The notes beneath the pieces were generated by a model. The model was not told the origin of the DNA and did no database searches. It worked only from the letters and a program-made list of their open reading frames with translations. From contig OZ244991.1 of NCBI GenBank assembly GCA_965223335.1, forward strand, positions 1,664,001 through 1,728,000: a stretch of 64,000 nt of DNA, in the 5' to 3' direction. A program made the translations under genes and the position numbers. The stretch comes from Thermodesulfobacteriota bacterium. GTDB lineage: Bacteria; Desulfobacterota_D; UBA1144; Nemesobacterales; UBA2774. Positions within the stretch are counted from its first letter, which is position 1. The number at the start of each line of letters is the position of its first letter. Shown here in pieces: positions 30,001 through 39,063 of this stretch.

Positions 30001-30323
30001 TGATGGACGGAAGGGCGCTAAAGGTTGTGTGTGAGGGCACGGTTGACCTGGTCCAAAAGCAACTAGACCTCCAGGTGCTTGTAATCCCTGTGTTTTCGGT
30101 CGATGCGGTCATAGAAAAGATACCTCTGGTTAAATCCGTGCTGGGCAAGGATATGGTGTCGATACCCGTTAGAGTAAGTGGAGACATATCTAATCCCGAG
30201 ATTAAACAGCTCTCCGTGTCTGCCATCAGCACCGGTATTCTCGCGATTATTAAAGAGACGCTTAATATCCCCGTTTCTTTAGTTAAGCCGCTTCCTAAAC
30301 ACGATGATGCAAAGGACGATTAA
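27057..30323 (+). CDS. AsmA-like / YhdP-like envelope protein
   Basis: N-terminal TM anchor, long beta-rich body, AsmA-type C-terminus (GTVDL..KQLDL, VRVSGDISNPEI). Confidence 0.75.
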   Translation: MVRIKKYTRLILISLGIIFLLVSALLIVGVNLVNRDLMKDQILSVTSVKIGGEVKYKDAHITLFHRPHLVLEGGHVNIPGKLDADFDTLDIYPAILPLFLGNIEVSELRVIRPNIVLSSAKKSDTEKQKAKQDKEPILSRVRSKIKNIFEFVKHDTGDLNIQIVDGEFELVRSGNDLLKITQINALFSKPQEKIQYKITATSDEWDRISAQGWLSPDDFESTGKIDVTGLKVGPITPGTKEISTSIAIEDADLSITYDTGGLNNLDVYMKTDIPKILLDNGENSKQIENIDLASRLSADDNEIKVEVLNGNFTTPPLSVNGSYRIDNNTQSHELTLSGQNIDAKSARDIALFVAGQNRIVKIIFEIVRGGTVPDIKLTGNAGSFKQIWKKGNFELKGSMINGEVFIPKAEYDLTDAKGEVVIGDGLLKGSNMSAKMGNSIGTEGSLTLGLEGPIGPLLLDVLVDADVSDIPPVLKQFISDRIFQGEIDRLQAVSGRAKGKLILGEQKKSPKPKIDVTDLTINADYGRVPYKLEIDGGRFQYENKFIKVSDINLTTTNFSTKGINGSFSWQENNILNLNSSAVNFELHDMFKWLRSFDLLGSHLEKVADLKGSALLDSLAFKGDVMVPSTWRIESVGSINNAVIKLPGLDGDITVPSNQFVVTPEKISFNDSQIQVDTNSINLGANINNYVTHGFSVDVKFNGGLDAPISNELITYFNIPDLVSVTGPLSISDSSLVYKKYKDNNSLLNGAAIKGTRTTDLRSLKLDITLDADSLEWKKDKTYSENTEAKTDNTKEARPSADPDARKTLLFGDVKVKSKNFAYGQFDWTSVDGVIDLDGRDVNVNISSANLCGIDTPGVFEVSPPKLKLDLTPKSTDTDLSTTIECLLKKGKILTGDFKFDGDLLSDTDQGAVFEGLNGNLDFISHNGHVSNYGTVAKFFSILNLGDVIRGELPDFSKKGFPYEMMKAKGEITDGILELKEAVMDGRALKVVCEGTVDLVQKQLDLQVLVIPVFSVDAVIEKIPLVKSVLGKDMVSIPVRVSGDISNPEIKQLSVSAISTGILAIIKETLNIPVSLVKPLPKHDDAKDD

Positions 30324-30351
30324 AGACGGTGCAGTGCTTAAGTTACATGGG

Positions 30352-30777
30352 TTATTTTTGCTTTAAAATATCCCTAATCTCTTCTAGCAATAGCTCTTCA
30401 TTTGTGGGTTCTGGAGCGGGTTCCTCTTCCTTTTTTTCCTGACTAAGCCTGTTTATGTTCTTAATGATAAAAAACACTGCGAGTGCCACTAAGATAAAGA
30501 TTATTATTGTGTTAATGAACGTGCCGTAATTGATGGTGATTGCACCGGCTTTGGTTGCCTCGGCCAAGGTCGCATACGGCCCCGCCGGTGTACCGTCTTT
30601 TAGCACCGTAAAGAGGTCTGCGAAATCTACATCACCGATAAGTATGCCGATAGGGGGCATAATGATGTCGTTAACAAAGGAGTGCACAATGGTACCGAAT
30701 GCGGCACCGATAACGATCCCGACCGCCATGTCCACTACATTGCCCCGCAGTGCAAATTCTTTGAACTCTTTTAGCAT
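30352..30777 (-). CDS. mscL: Large-conductance mechanosensitive channel
   Basis: [24 protein letters not shown]...LLEEIRDIL. Confidence 0.97.
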   Translation of the reverse strand: MLKEFKEFALRGNVVDMAVGIVIGAAFGTIVHSFVNDIIMPPIGILIGDVDFADLFTVLKDGTPAGPYATLAEATKAGAITINYGTFINTIIIFILVALAVFFIIKNINRLSQEKKEEEPAPEPTNEELLLEEIRDILKQK

Positions 30778-30895
30778 ATTTTCACCTCGTAATAATTTAG
30801 GTTGGTACGATTATCTCATAAAGACAATTTATTTTCAAATACTGCTAACCACTATATATTTATCGATATTTTGTTGAATCAAGGAGGGCTCGGGC

Positions 30896-31171
30896 ATGGG
30901 TAAGGCAACTGTGAACATAGAGTACTGTACAAAATGCAGGTGGTTGATCAGGGCTACGTGGATTGCCCAGGAACTGCTTACTACATTTGAAGACGAGATA
31001 GGAGAGTTGGCGCTAGTCCCAGGCACGGGGGGAGTGTTTGAGGTCAAGATAAACGAACAAATCTTATGGTCCCGTGCAGATCAAAACGGGTTCCCCGATA
31101 TCGCCCAGCTAAAGAGACTGGTTAGGGATGTTATAGCCCCTGATAAGTCCCTTGGTCATACCGACCTCTAA
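30896..31171 (+). CDS. Rdx (SelT/SelW/SelH) family protein, Cys form
   Basis: IEYCTKCRW, GGVFEV, GFP. Confidence 0.9.
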   Translation: MGKATVNIEYCTKCRWLIRATWIAQELLTTFEDEIGELALVPGTGGVFEVKINEQILWSRADQNGFPDIAQLKRLVRDVIAPDKSLGHTDL

Positions 31172-31228
31172 ACAGTGTGTATAATTTATTTTACGATGAC
31201 TATATCGCTAGCAAATGGGGAAGTTTAA

Positions 31229-31933
31229 ATGACGGTATATTTGCTTACTGATAGTCTCGATTTCCCCCAACCCGAACTCGCAGAGGAAAACGGGCTTTTG
31301 GCTCTAGGTGGTGACCTCGGCACCGAGAGGTTACTGCTGGCATATAAAAGCGGCATATTCCCCTGGTACTCAGAGGGCCAGCCTATTCTCTGGTTCTCGC
31401 CCGATCCTAGGTTTATTTTACTGCCTAACGAATTACACATAAGCTCAAAAGTTAAAAAGTTAATCAACTCCGGTGTGTTCGAGGTAAGGTTCGATACCCG
31501 CTTCACCGAGGTGATACACAAATGCTCCGAGGTGCCTAGAGCCGGGCAAGAGGGCACATGGATCACGAGTGACATGATCAACGCCTATGTTGAACTGCAT
31601 AACAAAGGCTATGCTCATTCGGTTGAGACTTATCTCGACGGCAATTTAGTAGGTGGGTTGTACGGGGTTTCACTGGGCAGAGCGTTTTTTGGCGAGTCAA
31701 TGTTCCACACTGCAAGCAACGCCTCGAAAGTGGCTTTGTACTATCTTGTGTGCAGACTTATCGATTGGGACTTCATGTTTATCGACTCGCAGGTGCCCAA
31801 TGCGCATATGAAGAGCCTGGGGGCAAAAGAGATTCCGCGCACCCAATTTCTTCGTTTGCTTGCCCGTGCTTTAGAGTCCGAGAGCGTTGTCGGCAACTGG
31901 GGTAAGGATAAGCCCATTTGCAGTGAACTCTGA
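31229..31933 (+). CDS. aat: Leucyl/phenylalanyl-tRNA-protein transferase
   Basis: GLLALGGDL, GIFPW, GGLYGV, FFGESMF, ASKVAL. Confidence 0.96.
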   Translation: MTVYLLTDSLDFPQPELAEENGLLALGGDLGTERLLLAYKSGIFPWYSEGQPILWFSPDPRFILLPNELHISSKVKKLINSGVFEVRFDTRFTEVIHKCSEVPRAGQEGTWITSDMINAYVELHNKGYAHSVETYLDGNLVGGLYGVSLGRAFFGESMFHTASNASKVALYYLVCRLIDWDFMFIDSQVPNAHMKSLGAKEIPRTQFLRLLARALESESVVGNWGKDKPICSEL

Positions 31934-32084
31934 GTTGTTAAGCTTCATATAACCTAGGCGCACTATAATTGAAAATTAAAGAGCTACATGTATAATCCTT
32001 CCTTCGCATTATCAGGCGTTTTGTCTCGATAATTGCAATAAACCACGAGAGTTTGAACTAGCAAACAATCATAGGAGACGATTA

Positions 32085-32543
32085 ATGAGTGATTGGAAAG
32101 TTGTAAATCACGGCCATCCCGATATAGAGCCGTCTAAATCGAAAAGGGCCATCTTTATAGGCAGATACCAGCCCTATCACAAAGGCCACGTGAGCCTGGT
32201 TAGGCAGAAATTGGACAAGGGCGTGCCGTGTTTGATAATGGTGCGAGATATCCCACCCGACCCCAAAAATCCGTTTACCACAGAACAGACCGTAAGCATG
32301 ATCGAGAAATATCACGAGAGCAAGGGTGACGATGTAAAGGTAATGATCATCCCCGACATCGAGTCGGTAAACTGGGGCAGAGGTGTTGGGTATGAGATGA
32401 ACGAATTCGAACCCCCCGAGAACATAGGCTGGATCTCGGCTACCAAGATCAGGACCTCCATCGGCGAAGGCAACGACGAGTGGAGAGAGCTTGTGGATAG
32501 CTCGATCCAGGACGATGTGGTCAAGTATCTGACAGAAGCCTAG
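32085..32543 (+). CDS. HxGH-class nucleotidyltransferase (cytidylyltransferase-like)
   Basis: FIGRYQPYHKGH, NPFT, GRGVGY, ISATKIR. Confidence 0.8.
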   Translation: MSDWKVVNHGHPDIEPSKSKRAIFIGRYQPYHKGHVSLVRQKLDKGVPCLIMVRDIPPDPKNPFTTEQTVSMIEKYHESKGDDVKVMIIPDIESVNWGRGVGYEMNEFEPPENIGWISATKIRTSIGEGNDEWRELVDSSIQDDVVKYLTEA

Positions 32544-32719
32544 GCGGTTAGTCGCCGGCAATTACTTTGTCTCGCGGTACTTAGCGATTGGGATGTTCTC
32601 CCCTACAACTCCTAGCATCTTAGAGCTATATTGACTGTATGACCTCAGAAGCTTGTTAAATATTGAACAATGTTTTAATATTGCGTTATAGTTGCATCTG
32701 TGTTTGCAGAGAACAGGCA

Positions 32720-33037
32720 ATGTCATCGCAAGAGCAAAAACAGTTCGGTTCGTTTGCTGAGTTCTACGAGTTTTATCTAGAGGAACACAGCTACCCTGTA
32801 AATCGAAAGCTCCATTTTTTCGGCAGTCTCCTTGTGCTCTTGATCATTGCCTATGTGCTGGTCGAGCAAAAGTGGTATGCACTGCTCCTTGCCCCCGTGG
32901 TAGGGTACGGGTTTGCGTGGATAGGCCACTTCTTTGTTGAAAAGAACAAGCCTGCAACTTTCAAGTACCCACTTTACAGCCTCATGGGTGATTGGGTAAT
33001 GTTCAAAGACATCATCACCGGTAAGGTGAAGTTCTAA
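32720..33037 (+). CDS. DUF962 (Mpo1-like) membrane protein
   Basis: FY..YL.EH, NRKLH, AWIGHFFVEKNKPATFKYP; start placed at ATG 32720. Confidence 0.85.
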   Translation: MSSQEQKQFGSFAEFYEFYLEEHSYPVNRKLHFFGSLLVLLIIAYVLVEQKWYALLLAPVVGYGFAWIGHFFVEKNKPATFKYPLYSLMGDWVMFKDIITGKVKF

Positions 33038-33053
33038 AGGACCTTCTCGCAAT

Positions 33054-33800
33054 ATGCCAAAGCTATTGGTTTTCCAACATGTATCTCACGAGATATTGGG
33101 GACGCTAGACCCTTTGATCCGGGAATCCGGTTTTCGAATCAGGTATATAAACTTCGGCCGACACCCCGATGCGGACCCGAGCCTTGACGGTTATGACGGT
33201 TTGATAGTACTAGGCGGCCCGATGAACGTTGACGAGGTCCGCACCCATCCCCACCTGCACACCGAAGTGAAGCTCATCGACAGCGCCATTGACAAGGGAA
33301 TCCCCGTGCTTGGGATATGCCTTGGCGGGCAGCTTGTGGCTAAGGCACTCGGTGCCAAGGTAAAGAAGAACCCCAAAAAAGAGATTGGATGGTACGATGT
33401 CTCACCCACACACAACGGCAAACGAGACCCCTTGATCGGGGGATTTAACAAGGTCGAGAAAATATTTCAGTGGCACGGCGATACATTCGACATACCCCGG
33501 GGTGCCACCCATCTCGCCACCTCCCCCCTATGTGAAAACCAGGCGTTTAGGTACCGCGACAATGTTTACGGGTTCCAGTTCCACCTCGAGGTCGATGAGA
33601 AGATGATAGCAAGGTGGCTCCGTGTATCCGCTAACAAAAAGGAGATAGAGGAAACTAAGGGCGAGATCGACCCCGACCTCATCAAAAAAGATACCCCTCT
33701 TCATATCGAACGTTTAACCGATCTAAGCAACTCTACATTCGGCGAGTTTATAAACCTGTTTGGCTTCGAGAAAAAGAAACAGAGTCTGCCCTCACGTTAA
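33054..33800 (+). CDS. Type 1 glutamine amidotransferase-like protein
   Basis: LGGPM, GICLG, WHGD, FQFHLE (Cys-His-Glu triad). Confidence 0.9.
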   Translation: MPKLLVFQHVSHEILGTLDPLIRESGFRIRYINFGRHPDADPSLDGYDGLIVLGGPMNVDEVRTHPHLHTEVKLIDSAIDKGIPVLGICLGGQLVAKALGAKVKKNPKKEIGWYDVSPTHNGKRDPLIGGFNKVEKIFQWHGDTFDIPRGATHLATSPLCENQAFRYRDNVYGFQFHLEVDEKMIARWLRVSANKKEIEETKGEIDPDLIKKDTPLHIERLTDLSNSTFGEFINLFGFEKKKQSLPSR

Positions 33801-33813
33801 CCCCTCGGCGGAC

Positions 33814-36246
33814 CTAAGAGTTTGAGTCCGTGGACTTCTTGTTGTTCTGTCTCCCAAACTTTCGGTAGTCTTCTGCAAACTCCCTTAGCCTTTTATCTAC
33901 AAGGTAGTTTACAGTGCCCCGTTTGAACTTCCCTGTCGAGCCCCTTGCACCCGCTTCTTTCCCGGTTAATGTGTGGATTGCCTGGTCGATTGACTCCACC
34001 GGGTAAACATGGAATTCCCCTTGTTTCACCGCCTCTACAACTTCGGGTTTCAGCATCAGGTTCTTTACGTTTTGGTGCGGGATCACCACTCCCTGCTCCC
34101 CGGTTATACCCTTGGCCTTACACACGTCATAGTAACCCTCGACCTTTTCGTTCACGCCCCCAATAGGCTGGATCTGACCCTTCTGGTTTACCGATCCGGT
34201 TATGGCCAGGCTCTGCTTTATGGGTATACCTGAGAGGCTCGATATCAGCACCAATAGCTCGGCGGCAGAGGCGCTGTCGCCGTCTATCATGTCGTAGCTC
34301 TGCTCAAACCCTATGCTGGCCGAGAGGCTAAGTGGTTTATTCTGTGCATAGGTTGTGCCGATGTAGCCACTCAGTATTAGCACTCCTTTGTCATGTATAT
34401 TGCCGCTTAGTCTGGCCTTGCGCTCGATGTTCATCACACCCTCGGTCCCCATAAAAGTCTCGCAGGTAATGCGCGAGGGCCTCCCGAACGCGTGATCCCC
34501 GATGTTGTATACAGCCAGGCCGTTTATCTGCCCCACTACCATCCCGGTTGTGTCGACCATGATCACACCCTTGGCGATCATCTCCTGTATCTTTTCCTGG
34601 ATCATGCTCGAGCGATAGAGTTTCTCGTCGATTGCCTTTAAGACGTGCTCCCTTGATATTGCGTCTTCATCCCCGTTTACTTTGGCCCAGTACCCCGCCT
34701 CTTTTATAATTTTCGTAATCCCACCGAACTGTACCGACAGTTTGGTCTGGTCGCCTGCGAGCCGGGTTGCGTGTTCTATGATGGCCTCTACACCACTACG
34801 ATCAAATCTCTTGATATTGTCCCGCTCACATATGGATTTAATAAAGCACGAGTATTGCTGCAAAGATGTTTCGTCTTGATCAACCACGGTATCGAAATCG
34901 GCCTTTACCTTAAAGAGCTTTCTAAAGTCGTCGTCGTAAGCGTAAAGCATATTAAATATGTAGGAATTACCGGTGATTATAACTTTTAGGTCCAGTTTTA
35001 TAGGCTCTGGGCGGATCCCTACCGTGCTTGAAAACCCATACTGCTGAGATACATCTTCAATCCTGAGCTCATCGTTCTCGAGTGCTTTTTTTAGCGAGTC
35101 CCAGACAAATGGGAACTTAAATATATCAAGTGCCTCTATTACCAGGTAGCCGCCGTTTGCTTTGGCGAGTGAGCCGCTACGTATCATGGTAAAATCTGTA
35201 ACGAGTGCCCCAAACTTGGCCTCTCTTTCTATAGTCCCGAACAGATTGACGTAAGTCGGGTGGCTCTCGAATATTACAGGTGCACCCTCTGTCCGAGAAT
35301 TGTCAATAAATACATTTACTTTATATTCTACGAACTGTGGGTCTTGCTTTGGTATTTTGTAGGGGAACGGGGCCCCACCCGGGGGTGGTGTTTTGTCTGG
35401 CAGAAAATTATCTATATGCTCAAGTATATGCTTTTGAAGCATATCGAAATGATCTATCACCTGCGGATATGTCTTATACGTTTCACGAAGTGTGTCGATC
35501 AGGTCCCTTACCGCAAACAATGCGACCCTTTTTTCCAGTTCCTTAACCTTGTCCATCGCTTGCTTTTCGAGCGCGCGGACCTCTTTTAAGACCGCAGCGA
35601 CTTCGTTGTCCAGTTCTTCTTTGCTTTGTTTTATTTTTTCTTTGATCTCTTCGGTAAGGCTGTTGTAGTTCTCTTGTGTAACGGGTTTCCCGCCGATAAG
35701 CGGTATAGTGATAATGCCTGTGGGCGAGAACTGAATCTGAATTTCCTTTGCTGCAGCTTTTGACTGCAGCTCTTCGAATAATCTAGTTTTCTCTCTCTGG
35801 AAATCGTTCATATAGTTCTGTTTCTGGTCTTCAACGTCGGTCCTTTCGAAAGCTGTGGGTATAGTGGTCTGTAGAATTTGGAGGAACTCTTCCATATCAG
35901 TTTGGAAGTCTTTACCTTTACCCGTGGGCAGCTCTATTGCTCTCGGCTCGTTGGGTTCTGCAAAGTTATATACAAAACACCAATCCGAGGGCGTTGGTTT
36001 ATCTTTTGCGACCGTGCTCAAGATGTATTCGATTGCGGTGGTTTTACCGACCCCTGTGGGCCCTGCGATATAGATGTTGTAGCCCCCAAAATCCATACCC
36101 AGACCAAAGTTTATGGCTTCAACCGCTCGTTTTTGTCCTATGAATTCCCTACACGAGACAAGATCGTCGGTTGTTTTAAATCCCAACTTAGAAAGATCGC
36201 ATTTTTTATATACCTGTGTGTGTTTAAGTTCGTTTACTTTTCTCAT
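33814..36246 (-). CDS. Lon-like (S16) protease with AAA-like domain, LonC-type
   Basis: GPTGVGKT Walker A, coiled-coil insert, DGDSAS and GGVNEK Ser-Lys dyad. Confidence 0.9.
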   Translation of the reverse strand: MRKVNELKHTQVYKKCDLSKLGFKTTDDLVSCREFIGQKRAVEAINFGLGMDFGGYNIYIAGPTGVGKTTAIEYILSTVAKDKPTPSDWCFVYNFAEPNEPRAIELPTGKGKDFQTDMEEFLQILQTTIPTAFERTDVEDQKQNYMNDFQREKTRLFEELQSKAAAKEIQIQFSPTGIITIPLIGGKPVTQENYNSLTEEIKEKIKQSKEELDNEVAAVLKEVRALEKQAMDKVKELEKRVALFAVRDLIDTLRETYKTYPQVIDHFDMLQKHILEHIDNFLPDKTPPPGGAPFPYKIPKQDPQFVEYKVNVFIDNSRTEGAPVIFESHPTYVNLFGTIEREAKFGALVTDFTMIRSGSLAKANGGYLVIEALDIFKFPFVWDSLKKALENDELRIEDVSQQYGFSSTVGIRPEPIKLDLKVIITGNSYIFNMLYAYDDDFRKLFKVKADFDTVVDQDETSLQQYSCFIKSICERDNIKRFDRSGVEAIIEHATRLAGDQTKLSVQFGGITKIIKEAGYWAKVNGDEDAISREHVLKAIDEKLYRSSMIQEKIQEMIAKGVIMVDTTGMVVGQINGLAVYNIGDHAFGRPSRITCETFMGTEGVMNIERKARLSGNIHDKGVLILSGYIGTTYAQNKPLSLSASIGFEQSYDMIDGDSASAAELLVLISSLSGIPIKQSLAITGSVNQKGQIQPIGGVNEKVEGYYDVCKAKGITGEQGVVIPHQNVKNLMLKPEVVEAVKQGEFHVYPVESIDQAIHTLTGKEAGARGSTGKFKRGTVNYLVDKRLREFAEDYRKFGRQNNKKSTDSNS

Positions 36247-36426
36247 TTACGCCTCACAGTATCTGTATTATTGATGGATGTCTATATAGGTTACCTGGTT
36301 TTTAAATTTCAGAGTAGCAGCGTTTTATTGTTCCATTAAAGAGCTATATAACACAGAGATCGGGACTGTGTCCATTTGTGAAAACGCCTTGCGAGAAGCT
36401 CAATATATTGTAAATTTAATTAACTT

Positions 36427-36504
36427 CGGGGTGTAGCTCAGATTGGCTAGAGCGTTGCGTTCGGGACGCAGAGGCCGCCGGTTCAAGTCCGGCCACCCCG
36501 ACCA
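36427..36504 (+). tRNA. tRNA-Pro (anticodon CGG)
   Basis: CGGGGTG/CACCCCG acceptor stem, anticodon arm TTGCG-TTCGGGA-CGCAG, GTTCAAG T-loop, encoded CCA. Confidence 0.97.
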
Positions 36505-36628
36505 TTCAATTAAAAGACCGCCTATTTTATTCACTGCTTTATTAAATACCCCAAAAATCCAGGTGACATTTATTCACTTATTATTTACTCTTAATAATTA
36601 GATGTAACTAAGTGGTGGGGAGGGGTAA

Positions 36629-37456
36629 ATGAAGAATCGGTTGATTGGTGTTGGATTGGTTTTACTCTCTTTAACAGTTTTTTCCCTATTTTTTAAACTT
36701 ACATACTTACATGCCGAGCCTAGTGCGGATGTTCAAAAACAAGCAGGTCCGTCTACGGTTGCGGCAATAGATCCTGAGGCCGATGAGTTGCTCCGTGCGA
36801 TGAGTGCCACACTCGAGGCGGCAAAGACATTCTCCGTAAAGACTCATGTGAATTTCGACGATGTCCTTAAATCGGGGCAAAAGATACAGTACGGCGGAGA
36901 CATCGAGATAAAACTCAAGCGGCCCAACAAGATTGTCGGGTACTTCGACGGCGACCTGGTAGAGAGGAGTGTATGGCTCGATAATGGGACCCTCACGATC
37001 TTGAACATGGATAAAGATTTCTACGGCGAGCTCAAAGTCCCACCGACTATAGACGAGACTGTGGACTTTATGTTGGACAACTACGATTTTACACTGCCTC
37101 TGGCCGACATCGTTTACAGCAGTCCATACAAATCGGTTAGCGCAGACATACAAACCGGGGTTGTTGTAGGTGTGGGCAGGGTAGAGGGCAAAGACTGTGT
37201 CCACCTAGCCTTCACTCAGGAGTTTATAGACTGGCAGATCTGGATCGATGAGAGCAACCGGCACCTGCCCTGTAAGCTAGTAATCAATTACAAAACTCAA
37301 GAGGGCGAGCCCCAGTACAGTGCCGAGTTCTCGGACTGGAAGCTCGACCAGAAGATGAGCGATAAAGAGTTTAAGCCAAATATTCCGAAAGAGGCGCTAA
37401 AGATTGAGTTCATTAAGATGGATAGTGCAGGGGAGAGTGAAAATGATAAAAAATAG
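36629..37456 (+). CDS. DUF2092-like periplasmic protein
   Basis: N-terminal signal; L..MS..L, SGQKIQ, RPNK, LPLAD, DWQIWI, P.Y...FSDW. Confidence 0.8.
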   Translation: MKNRLIGVGLVLLSLTVFSLFFKLTYLHAEPSADVQKQAGPSTVAAIDPEADELLRAMSATLEAAKTFSVKTHVNFDDVLKSGQKIQYGGDIEIKLKRPNKIVGYFDGDLVERSVWLDNGTLTILNMDKDFYGELKVPPTIDETVDFMLDNYDFTLPLADIVYSSPYKSVSADIQTGVVVGVGRVEGKDCVHLAFTQEFIDWQIWIDESNRHLPCKLVINYKTQEGEPQYSAEFSDWKLDQKMSDKEFKPNIPKEALKIEFIKMDSAGESENDKK

Positions 37457-38459
37457 TAATAAAAAACGTTTGTTTATCCTCGCATTCTTAATCCTATCGG
37501 CAGGAGTGTTCCTTGCTGTAGATACTTTTGCCCGCGGCAGAGGTGGCAGAGGCGGTGGAAGGGGTGGAGGCCGTAGTATGAGCCACCACCATGGGGGCGG
37601 TTCGCATTACAGGGGTGCAGCGTCGGGTAACCATGGCTACGGGAGCATCAGGGGTTCTGGCAGAGCTCATCAGTCTCACCAGCGCAACCGCGCTCAAACC
37701 GGCACAATGAATCGGGGCAACAGAGTAAACACTGTCCAGAGTCGCGATCGAAGCAATGTCGGAACACAAAGAGGTAATGCAGGAAACAGGCAAAACCGCG
37801 ATATACAGAACCGTAACCCCGAAAACCGTCCCGGCGACAGACAACCGGACCGCGACGCTATATCCGATCGCCAGGGCCAACGCCAAGATGCCCGTTACGA
37901 CCGCCAGGGCCAGCGCCAAGACGCTGCACAGGATATGCAACGCAGGCGTATCAACCATTGGGACAATTATCACTACAACCGTTACTACGGCGGCTACTAT
38001 AATTCGTGGTACGGATACTATTCCGGGTGGGGTGCATTCGCTGCGGGGCTTTTTATAGGGGCAGCAATTGCCAGTATCCCCTCCAATTCCTCAACGGTCT
38101 ATGTGGAGGGCGACACATTCTATTATTCTGACGGTGTCTACTATGTAGAGGACCAATCCCAGTATGTGGTCGTGCCCCCACCTGTAGGTGCTGTTGTGGT
38201 GTCTCTCCCGGCTTCGTGTGAATCTATAAGTGCCGATGGAGGCCAGTTTTACAACTGTGGCGGGGCTTATTACCAGCAGGTTAGCAAGGGCTATAAAGTT
38301 GTAGACCCCCCGATTGGTGCAGTTGTGACGACACTTCCCGACGGGGCTCAAAAAACCGATGTCGGGGGCAACACCTATTTCCTTTTTGCAGGCGCGTATT
38401 ATCAGCCGTTTAATAGCGGCAACTCTGTAATCTACAAAATCGTGCCCGCACCTGCATAA
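37443..38459 (+). CDS. Secreted low-complexity protein (RGG/Arg-Gln-rich N-terminus, repeated Tyr-rich C-terminal motifs; DUF6515-like)
   Basis: Signal peptide from ATG 37443; RGG repeats; three Y..G.YY units, two followed by VV.PP.GAVV..LP. Confidence 0.7.
   Translation: MIKNSNKKRLFILAFLILSAGVFLAVDTFARGRGGRGGGRGGGRSMSHHHGGGSHYRGAASGNHGYGSIRGSGRAHQSHQRNRAQTGTMNRGNRVNTVQSRDRSNVGTQRGNAGNRQNRDIQNRNPENRPGDRQPDRDAISDRQGQRQDARYDRQGQRQDAAQDMQRRRINHWDNYHYNRYYGGYYNSWYGYYSGWGAFAAGLFIGAAIASIPSNSSTVYVEGDTFYYSDGVYYVEDQSQYVVVPPPVGAVVVSLPASCESISADGGQFYNCGGAYYQQVSKGYKVVDPPIGAVVTTLPDGAQKTDVGGNTYFLFAGAYYQPFNSGNSVIYKIVPAPA
37865..37924 (+). repeat. In-frame tandem duplication, 33-nt period (DRQGQRQDA x2)
   Basis: CGATCGCCAGGGCCAACGCCAAGATGC and CGACCGCCAGGGCCAGCGCCAAGACGC. 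Confidence 0.85.
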
Positions 38460-38526
38460 AATAAGTATTAATTAGAATTTGAGCTTAGGGGATTCTTTAA
38501 GTTGGTATAACCCAAATTCAGACCAT

Positions 38527-38553
38527 AAAAAAGGGGAGCAAAAGCTCCCCTTT
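38527..38553. terminator. Intrinsic terminator between convergent genes
   Basis: AAAGGGGAGC-aaaa-GCTCCCCTTT; T6 on the minus strand. Confidence 0.8.
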
Positions 38554-38593
38554 GTAGTAAGTATTAAATCAGTTTTAAAATTTTGATGCAGTA

Positions 38594-38830
38594 TTATTGT
38601 GCTGCATCGTCCTCCATCTCACCGCCTGGCATTTCATCTTCGGCTGTGTCCGCATCAGCAGTATTCTCTTCGACAGCTTCTTCTTCATCACCCGCAGCTT
38701 CATTTTCCATCTCACTTCCGGGCTCGGCCTGTTCCTCAGCTTGGACCGTAGCGGTTCCAAACACATAAGCACTACCAAATGCTAAACCTACTGCCAACAT
38801 CAATACAAAAAGAAAATTTACAATCCTCAT
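38594..38830 (-). CDS. Small secreted, highly acidic, probably disordered protein
   Basis: Signal peptide ending VQA, then E/D/A-rich tail; GGGAGAG RBS; own terminator. Confidence 0.8.
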   Translation of the reverse strand: MRIVNFLFVLMLAVGLAFGSAYVFGTATVQAEEQAEPGSEMENEAAGDEEEAVEENTADADTAEDEMPGGEMEDDAAQ

Positions 38831-38898
38831 GATATCAACTCTCCCTTCTTAATGTATTTGACTGTACTTAGATAAAGCCAGTCAGGATATATTAAAAT

Positions 38899-38913
38899 GC
38901 AATCTGAAGACCA
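38899..38913 (-). promoter_or_regulatory. sigma54-type -24/-12 promoter
   Basis: Minus strand TGGTCTTCAGATTGC(A), GG-N10-GC. Confidence 0.6.
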
Positions 38914-38997
38914 TATATGCTATGTTGCAAATAATGATGTAATTAAAGCATGTTACGTTGCTACGTACAAATATTTAAGACATTTTTACTGTAATAC

Positions 38998-39037
38998 TGT
39001 GTTAAACAACACATTTACAATTGTGTGATTTCACCCA
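38998..39037. promoter_or_regulatory. Tandem palindromic sites, candidate enhancer-protein UAS
   Basis: TGTGTTAAACAACACA (38998-39013) and TGTGTGATTTCACCCA (39022-39037). Confidence 0.55.
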
Positions 39038-39063
39038 ATTGGTCCGTGTAAATGCAGGTCGGG

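Noticed and set aside
30896..31171. Selenoprotein
   Set aside because: The motif is CTKC with ordinary Cys codons; no in-frame TGA
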